A DNA stretch of 64,000 nucleotides from the NCBI RefSeq assembly GCF_001194135.2, contig NC_068983.1, positions 72,799,039 through 72,863,038 of the forward strand, in the 5' to 3' direction. The notes beneath the pieces are model-generated. The model saw nothing but the letters and a program-made list of their open reading frames with translations, did no database searches and was not told the DNA's origin. A program made the translations under genes and the position numbers. Numbering within the stretch: the first letter of the stretch is position 1; every line of letters begins with the position of its first letter. Positions 27,897 to 36,800 of the stretch are shown here, piece by piece. The DNA is from Octopus bimaculoides (Eukaryota).

Positions 27897-30800
27897 TTTC
27901 ATTTCTCAGAAAACCAACTGGAATGTCTCGTCTTCATTGAGAAAAATTGCTTCAATTTTTGTGTCATTGCCTTGAGTTGCTATGACGATGACTTGCGTGC
28001 AGCTGCATACCATGCACTTTTTCACTTCAAAGGTCATTTGATTAGCAACACTCAATTTTATCTACGGGACCAATTTCTTTATGTGCTGAGATTCCTAAAG
28101 AACAGCATGGTCAAAGACAATGCCAGAATCCCTTTTGTAACAAGTCTGTATTTAGTCAGAGTTTGCCAAGTTGTACTAAATAAAGGTAGAGATTTAAACA
28201 TTTTATTTCTATTTTTAATCTCCTTTGGATTTTGTTTCTTTATAAGGTGTGTTTGTTGTTTAACCCTGCTTAACTTTGTATTAAGACTTATGATGAAAAG
28301 CATTCCAGCCATGATCCACTCATCTTTTTATATACTTGAAATACTACATTGCCATGATCAAAGGCATTCTGGCCATGGCCATCAAGTTTTTTTTTGTTTT
28401 ATTTTTCTGTAGGCATCTAGGACTACATTATCAACATTATTTAGGATGTACTTCCTTTTCATTGAATATGATGTGGATGAGATTTCTATTTTAAGCAACC
28501 ATGTAGACATTCTATCACTGGTTCATTGCATGTATTTTTCAGTGAATTTTTTTTGTTATATCAACTTTTGTTTTAGGCGGATATGAAATTTATATAAAAT
28601 GCAAAATATCTGAATGATTAAAACCTCAGACAAGTGGCTGGAAATGAAAAGATTATTTTTGAATCTTGATAAATTTTCATCATTGATACAGCTCTTGTCA
28701 TGTACTTTCTCATTTAGACCTAAATACATAACAGGAATCTATCTAAGAACCAACAGTGGTATTGGTTTGTCAGCTGCCCTCCCAAAAATAGTTTGTATTT
28801 AAGACAAGCTAACAAGGAAGCCCCTACTTGTTCCCACAATCTGCTAGAAATAACATCAAAAGACCTCGTTCATAATTTATCTCATGGCCATGTTGAAAGG
28901 AAAAGAACATCAACAAACACAAGGTTCAAAGATGTTAAGCCACTAAATTGAGTTCTCAGTGTATCTTCAACTGTTAGCTAGGCAAAGACAAAGTATATCT
29001 GAAACAATAAATATGTGTGTTGCACCCTTTTATTTGCCTGATTACCTATGTATCATTGGCCTGCTCAGAGTTAACTTGAGCCAACAGCAACATTTTAAAG
29101 GCATATGTTTATCATAGACGTAAAACGCATGTTTATAACATCTATGTAAATTTAGAAAATTTTGGAAATTAGAATTCATTTCATTGTACATTGTATATTT
29201 TTATCACAATTGATTAAAATTTGCAAGCATATAAGAAATAAAGAGGCAAGAGGAGAGTAACATATTAATAGTGGTTTTCATTTTTCTTTCTTCTATTACA
29301 GGTCATGACCTTTATTTTTCTATTATTGGTTTACTTATGGTGAAGCCTTTCTTTGATCTATATACAGTGCCAGAATTTTCCCAGATGTTTAATTGTTCCT
29401 CACTTATGGTTAGTGCATATAATTTTTTTTTGTTTTTTTGTTTTTCATGTTCTATCCCCATCTTATTCTCACTGTGTATCTATCTTTCCATTTCATACAT
29501 ACACTGAGCCTATCATTTACATTAGAATTTGATTTATTAATTCCTTGTAAAGTACATCCTCTTGGTTAAACCACAGCACTCTTATATTCACAACATTCTA
29601 CCATCACCTTTTTGCACTGTTAGTAATCAGTCCCTTTACCCCTGGTCACTTGGAATTAACATCCATCATTCTCTCTTACCACCATCCACCTCTACTATTG
29701 TCTGCCTTTCTCTCACTGGCAATCATGTAGCTACCACCATTGCCTCTATTCCATTATTACCTGCTATTACTCTCTATTTCATTAGTCCTTCCTCTACCAT
29801 CTTCTCACTCTAATTATTTTGTTTCTCTTATCATGAACTTGCTTCTTTCACCATTTCACCATAATTCATCTGCTCTCATCATGCTGTCCTTGATTCATCC
29901 TCTTGATAATGTTGCTTTGAATAAATGAAGATAACCTGACGTAGTGAGAACTCATTAGTTTTGTAGAGCACAAGGCAACCTAAGTGTTTTTGGTGTCACA
30001 ATAAAGTGGGTACACCTAGTATACACTGTAAAACAGTTGATGAATGAGCAGACAACATACAGTAAAGAGAACTCTTTAATCCTGCTGAAGACATGACTTT
30101 TTTAGTGCTTGTACCACAATAAAATCCAGGTGTTAAGAAGAGCATCTAGCTGTAGACATCTTGCCAGACATTGAAGTTTATGAGCAAAATGTGGTTTTCC
30201 AATCTGTCTAGGAGAGTAGTCCCATAATCACTCTAAATGAGAACTGATTTAAAAAATGGCAATCCATCCTACACATGACAGCATAGTAAGCAGACAGAAA
30301 AACAACATTGAACAAAAGGCCATTTAAATATATATATATATATATATATATATAAACATGACTGTGTATTCTATTTAGATATTTTTCAATCTTACATATT
30401 TGAGGAGATAACATAATCTAATTTTACTTTCCAGCATTACAGAGAAAGAAAATGGATGCTCTGTCTACTTCGTGATGGTCTTCGAGGAACGACGGAACAT
30501 AAAATATATCAAAAATTTAATGTGTTCAAGATCATCATGTCTTATGCTAATTCTTCGTTATGTAACAGAGGAATTCAGGTTAGAATTTATTTTGTTTTTT
30601 CACTGATTAAGATTGAACTTGTATCATGAAAGAGCTAAAATACAAGTCCACCTCTTTCATGATTGTATTTCTACAGTAACATTGTATATGAATGTCTGTC
30701 AGTTCATTTTCAGTTTATCAAAAATTTAGAGAGTCTTAGTGAAAAAAAAAAACATTTGCATTTTACTTTACTTTATTAAATATGTTAAACTGGTGTTTGG

Positions 30801-33800
30801 AATATAACTTAACATAGATCCTTACATAAATGTATAACTGTGTGTGTGTGTGTGTCTTTGTCCCCTACCACAGCCTGACAACCAGTATTTGTTTATTTAC
30901 ATCCCTGTAACTTAGCAGTTTGACAAAAAAGACCAATAGAATAAGTACTAGTACTTAAAAAGGAGTACTAGGATTGAATTGCTTGACTAAATCCTTCAAG
31001 GCAGTAGCCCCAGCATGGCAGCAATCCAAAAACTGAAACAAGTAAGAAATTAAAGGAAAAAAATTTTACCTGCTGAAGTATTTCATTAACATATTTTTGT
31101 TGAAGCTTTAATTTAAATTTGAACAATTGAATACAAGCAGTTTAGGGCAAATGTTCAAACTGGCTAGATTCAGCCTCTCACACCTACTTTTCAATGTCAT
31201 TCTAAAAATAATCATATCACTGAAATCTCAAAGGTACAAGATAAAACCTGATTAATTCAAATCAATGCAAATAAATAAGCATTACATTTGACAGAGTAAT
31301 CTGAATGCTAAGGGGTTAAATGCATTTAGGGCTTACAAAACTTTTACTTTTATTTATTGCAGGAAATGGTGTTACGTATACTAATGCAGGCCTGTACAGA
31401 AAAGACAGCTGCTGTGATGACACGTGAATACAGCATCCTAACTTGGATTAATTCATTCATTTCTAACGTGTACGTTTTTAAATACTTTGAATTAATGTTA
31501 TTGATTTGTGTGTGATTACTTTGATTCCCCATGCTGATTCTGCCTGAGGATCACATAAAGGGTATATGTATCTAGAATACTTAACTACTTATATGTTAAT
31601 TCAAGACCAATAAATTACTTACATGTGGATACTACAATATTACATGACCAATAAATTACATGTTTTTAAGTTATGAAACAATTTGTTGTGATATTAGAAT
31701 TTTCTTATTGTTAAAATTTCATTAAACACTTTCTCTATCATTTATGACTTTATATATATATATATATACATATATGAAATTATGATCACTTAACATCTTT
31801 TATCTCATTTAATAAACCCTGTTTCACTCTGTTTTAATACATGTTGTTAGTAACCATAGGTTTGAACCCTTGGGCAGGAATGGTAAGGGACAAATTCCGT
31901 TGCAATTACTATGGGGTAGTTGGTGTTAGGCATCCAGCCATAAAGATCATGCCAAAATAGACACAGAAGTCTGTAGCCTTCTGCTTAGCCAGCTCCTTTC
32001 AAACTGCCCAACCCATGCCAGCATGGACGGTAGAGGTTAAACGGTGCTGATGATGATGATACATATATGGTAATGGGTAAAGACTCCTTTTGGTCACGAA
32101 TGACCATGGTCTTGCATCTAAAAAAGTTCCCCTTCACGGCACTAGCCTGAGCAAGGTTGTTTGTGGAAGATACCAAGCTGTATTGGCCTTTGCCTTTNNN
32201 NNNNNNNNNNNNNNNNNNNNNNNNNNNNNNNNNNNNNNNNNNNNNNNNNNNNNNNNNNNNNNNNNNNNNNNNNNNNNNNNNNNNNNNNNNNNNNNNNNNN
32301 NNNNNNNNNNNNNNNNNNNNNNNNNNNNNNNNNNNNNNNNNNNNNNNNNNNNNNNNNNNNNNNNNNNNNNNNNNNNNNNNNNNNNNNNNNNNNNNNNNNN
32401 NNNNNNNNNNNNNNNNNNNNNNNNNNNNNNNNNNNNNNNNNNNNNNNNNNNNNNNNNNNNNNNNNNNNNNNNNNNNNNNNNNNNNNNNNNNNNNNNNNNN
32501 NGACTCCTTTTGGTCACGAATGACCATGGTCTTGCATCTAAAAAAGTTCCCCTGAGCAAGGTTGTTTGTGGAAGATACCAAGCTGTATTGGCCTTTGCCT
32601 TTCCATTGGACAGCATTGGTGATATGAAGAGGGGAGACTGGTATGCTTAGGCGATGCTAGTCTTCCACAAACAACCTTGCTCAGGCTAGTGCCTTGAAGG
32701 GGAACTTTTTTAGATGCAAGACCATGGTCATTCGTGACCAAAAGGAGTCTTTACCCATTACCATATATGTATCATCATCATCAGCACCGTTTAACCTCTA
32801 CCTTCCATGCTGGCATGGGTTGGGNNNNNNNNNNNNNNNNNNNNNNNNNNNNNNNNNNNNNNNNNNNNNNNNNNNNNNNNNNNNNNNNNNNNNNNNNNNN
32901 NNNNNNNNNNNNNNNNNNNNNNNNNNNNNNNNNNNNNNNNNNNNNNNNNNNNNNNNNNNNNNNNNNNNNNNNNNNNNNNNNNNNNNNNNNNNNNNNNNNN
33001 NNNNNNNNNNNNNNNNNNNNNNNNNNNNNNNNNNNNNNNNNNNNNNNNNNNNNNNNNNNNNNNNATGATAGAGAAAGTGTTAAATGAAATTTTAACAATA
33101 AGAAAATTCTAATATCACAACAAATTGTTTCATAACTTAAAAACATGTAATTTATTGGTCATGTAATATTGTAGTATCCACATGTAAGTAATTTATTGGT
33201 CTTGAATTAACATATAAGTAGTTAAGTATTCTAGATACATATACCCTGAATGAATTGGAGCAATGTGAAATAAAGTGTCTTGTTCGAGAACACAACGCAC
33301 ATGTATAGTCACACATACACTTCTATTCACTTGTTTTTAATTTCATCTTTTGTATGTTTAACATTGTTATTTACTTTTTTCGTAGGGATCCTCATTCACA
33401 GTTGACAGTTCTCATCACAGAATTGGTAGACAAGATCTGGCATGCTCTTCAGCAGAAGAACAAATCTCAGAGTGACAACAAAAACTTCACATTGCCAAAG
33501 CCATTTTTTACTGAAATGCAGATCTTATTATTAAATCTATTGGATCATTTCAGGTAGTTATTATTGCATGCATGAATAAATGTGAAGAGAGAAAGACACA
33601 ACAAATTTAAGGGTAGCAGTTCTGATATGGTAGATTGTGTGAAATGTTTAATGCAATGTCCGACACAGTGTTGTAGGAAAGATGAGTGGGGATGCGAGAA
33701 AATGTGCAGCTACCTATTTTAGAGAAATTGATGCTAGTATGATGATGATATAGAAAGCAGGGTGAGGGCACAGTCTATAAGATAGTAGTTGAGGTGTGTT

Positions 33801-36800
33801 GGTGATTGAATTTTTGTCAATCACTCAAATGGCATCTTTGGAGGTAAGGGTTATTCAGCCTAGATTTGTGAGAAAAAACAACAGCACCATTGCATGGATA
33901 TGAGTAATACTCCACTGTGGGTTATAACTGGACTTACAGAAGCTTAGATATTCATTTTAAAGTTGAACTATTTCCTGAATCAAAAGTGGAATCCCAGTCT
34001 TTGTGTTATGTAGCTTTGACAATGTTATATATATATATATATATATATGAGATTGCCATGAAGGACAATCAAATTTTTTAAAAGAAGGCATTTATGGTGA
34101 CCTTGAGAGTTTTAGTTATGTGTTGTTCATGAGTAAAAAGAGTGAAATTCAAGATTGTTTCTCTCATATGTGTAGTTCAGTAATTTCAATCTTTGTGATT
34201 CTGGACATAAACAAAATTAAAACTACCAGCACATTTTCTATAAAAAAAAGTTTTAAAGATAGTTTGTTTCGAAGTTAAAATTTTNNNNNNNNNNNNNNNN
34301 NNNNNNNNNNNNNNNNNNNNNNNNNNNNNNNNNNNNNNNNNNNNNNNNNNNNNNNNNNNNNNNNNNNNNNNNNNNNNNNNNNNNNNNNNNNNNNNNNNNN
34401 NNNNNNNNNNNNNNNNNNNNNNNNNNNNNNNNNNNNNNNNNNNNNNNNNNNNNNNNNNNNNNNNNNNNNNNNNNNNNNNNNNNNNNNNNNNNNNNNNNNN
34501 NNNNGACAACACAAATTACTGGGTAAATAGTATCAACTAACCCTTCCTCTCAAAATTGCTGGCTTTGTGTCTAAATTAGAAACAATCACACTTTAGAATA
34601 ACATTAATGGATGTTTGGGTTTGTTTGTTTGTTTTTTTTCCAAGAGAACTCAATCATTTGTATGGCTTTTATAAAAGCTTAAAAGTTTGACATATGTAGA
34701 CACCCCTTGTGGAGCACCATTTCAGAATCACTGATGTAGTAATTGATTCTTTGTGCTGATGGAAGAGGCAGCCTTATGTTTCTAATGAAAGATGGTCTTT
34801 ATTCATAAATACAGTGTATGTCTAGCATGAAGTATTTAGGTTGCAGATGAGTAAAGAGGAGCTAAGTGTAGTATCTCCATTGGAATGTGTGTTGTTGGAA
34901 ATGACAGTAAATCATTGCTCTTAATGTACTAAAAGAATGGTGTGCAAAACATTACTGAACCTTGGCGTTCATGAAGGTTCATAGAATGGGAGACATAGTG
35001 AGATACTTGTCAGAGTACAGCAGTCTGACAGCAACTTCTAAGAAATGAGTGATTCTGCTACCAGAAACAGACGTGTGTGTGTGTGTACATCCATATTATT
35101 GCTAATACTGTCACATTGCCAAAGACTATGTTTGGATTTACTTTCACTACAGTAAGATCTAGTAGAGTAAATGCATTTTTAAGAAAACAGCATATATAAT
35201 ACCACAGGTATTGTGAAATATCCTCACTCAAGTCTTATCGTTTTACTTAAGCTTTTTCTGTGCTTGCCAGGGTCTTACATCTTGCCATCTGTTGTAGTCC
35301 TTCATCATCTGGCAAACACACAACAGAAAATAACTGGTCGATTTATGTAGACAAATAGCATTTGTTTTTGGTATGGATTTCATAGCTAGAGGCCTTTCCC
35401 ATTACCAACCACTTTACTGTGTGAACTGGATGCATTTTGTTATGCCACTGGCACGAGAAAAGTTGTCTCCAGCAAGATGAAAGTGTTCCCTTTACTCTGA
35501 GTTGTCTTCAGCTATTGTTAAGTGGTATTAACACCCTATAAATTAAGGTAACCAATAATCTATTTAGAAGACAATGATGATAATTTTCAGAAACATTAAA
35601 TTTTTAAAGATTGTTTTCATAACTACAAGTTATCAAAAATGAATACATATATGAAATCTATTTTTCTCTTTAATCCAGAGAAGGGAGTGCTGAGACAGCA
35701 ATGAAAATATTTTTGCCACTATTCAGTTCAGTTATGGAACACAAGAAAAGGATACAATCACAAGGTATTTTTTTACATCTTCGTTAAATTGCAATACAAC
35801 ATATGTAAGCTATTACCCTTTAATTACGGCAACAATACTAATGAGTGTGTGTGTGTGTGAAGGTGCGTGGCTTTGAGGTTAGGACATTCAGATCACAATC
35901 ATAAAGTTGTGAGTTCTGTTCCCGGCAGCACAACACTATATTTCACATTGCTCTTGTCTACTCAGCTAGCAAAAATGAGTTATACCTGTAATTCAAAGGG
36001 TCAGCCTTGTCACATTCTGTTTCATGGGTATGTGTCAGTGGAGAACTCAGCCACTTGTATGTTAATTTCACAAGCAAGCTGTTCCATTGATCAGATCATC
36101 TGGTACACTCTCTGTCATCTGACACAGTGCCAAAGGAAGATATATATATATTCATGTGCAACAAAGGAGACAGATTTTCTCAAATGCTCAGAAGGATCTC
36201 AAGAGGTAATAGAAAACTTCTGTTATCTGGATGACCTAATTAATAGTGGAGGAGGATGTTCTAATAGTATAGTAGCTGGAGTAAGAACAGGTTGGACAAA
36301 AGTTCAGTGAGCTGTTACCTCTGTTGACAACAAATGGTTTCTCTCTCAGAGTGAAAGATAGATTGTGTGATGCTTGTATGGATGCTACAATACTATATGA
36401 TTGTGAGACATGAGCCCTGAATGTAGAGAAATTGTGAAAACTAGAAAGAAATAAAGCTAACATGCTTTACTGAATATGCAACATCATTGTGCATAATCAA
36501 CAAAATCGAAATATGTTGAAAGAAAATGGAGCAATATGAGAGAAAACTGCAATAGCATGGGTATGTGATGCATATGGATACAGCAACTATATAAAGAAGT
36601 ACTAATTGTTAAATATTGATGGAAGTTGTGGAAGAAGGCATGGGGGCTTCACAGTGGAGGTGACAAAGGACCATAATGTGTAGCAGTACATGGTGCTCAA
36701 AAAGGGCTGCCCATTGCAGCAAAAGTGAGGTTCTGAACGCATACTGTGTATACAAACTGAGTCTCTCACCCACAAGCCTCCCTCTTCTCCCTACCACTTA

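Noticed and set aside
31559-33247. Foldback transposon interpretation of the long inverted repeat
   Set aside because: No TSD at the outer boundaries, and the arms are a patchwork of host intron and older repeats.
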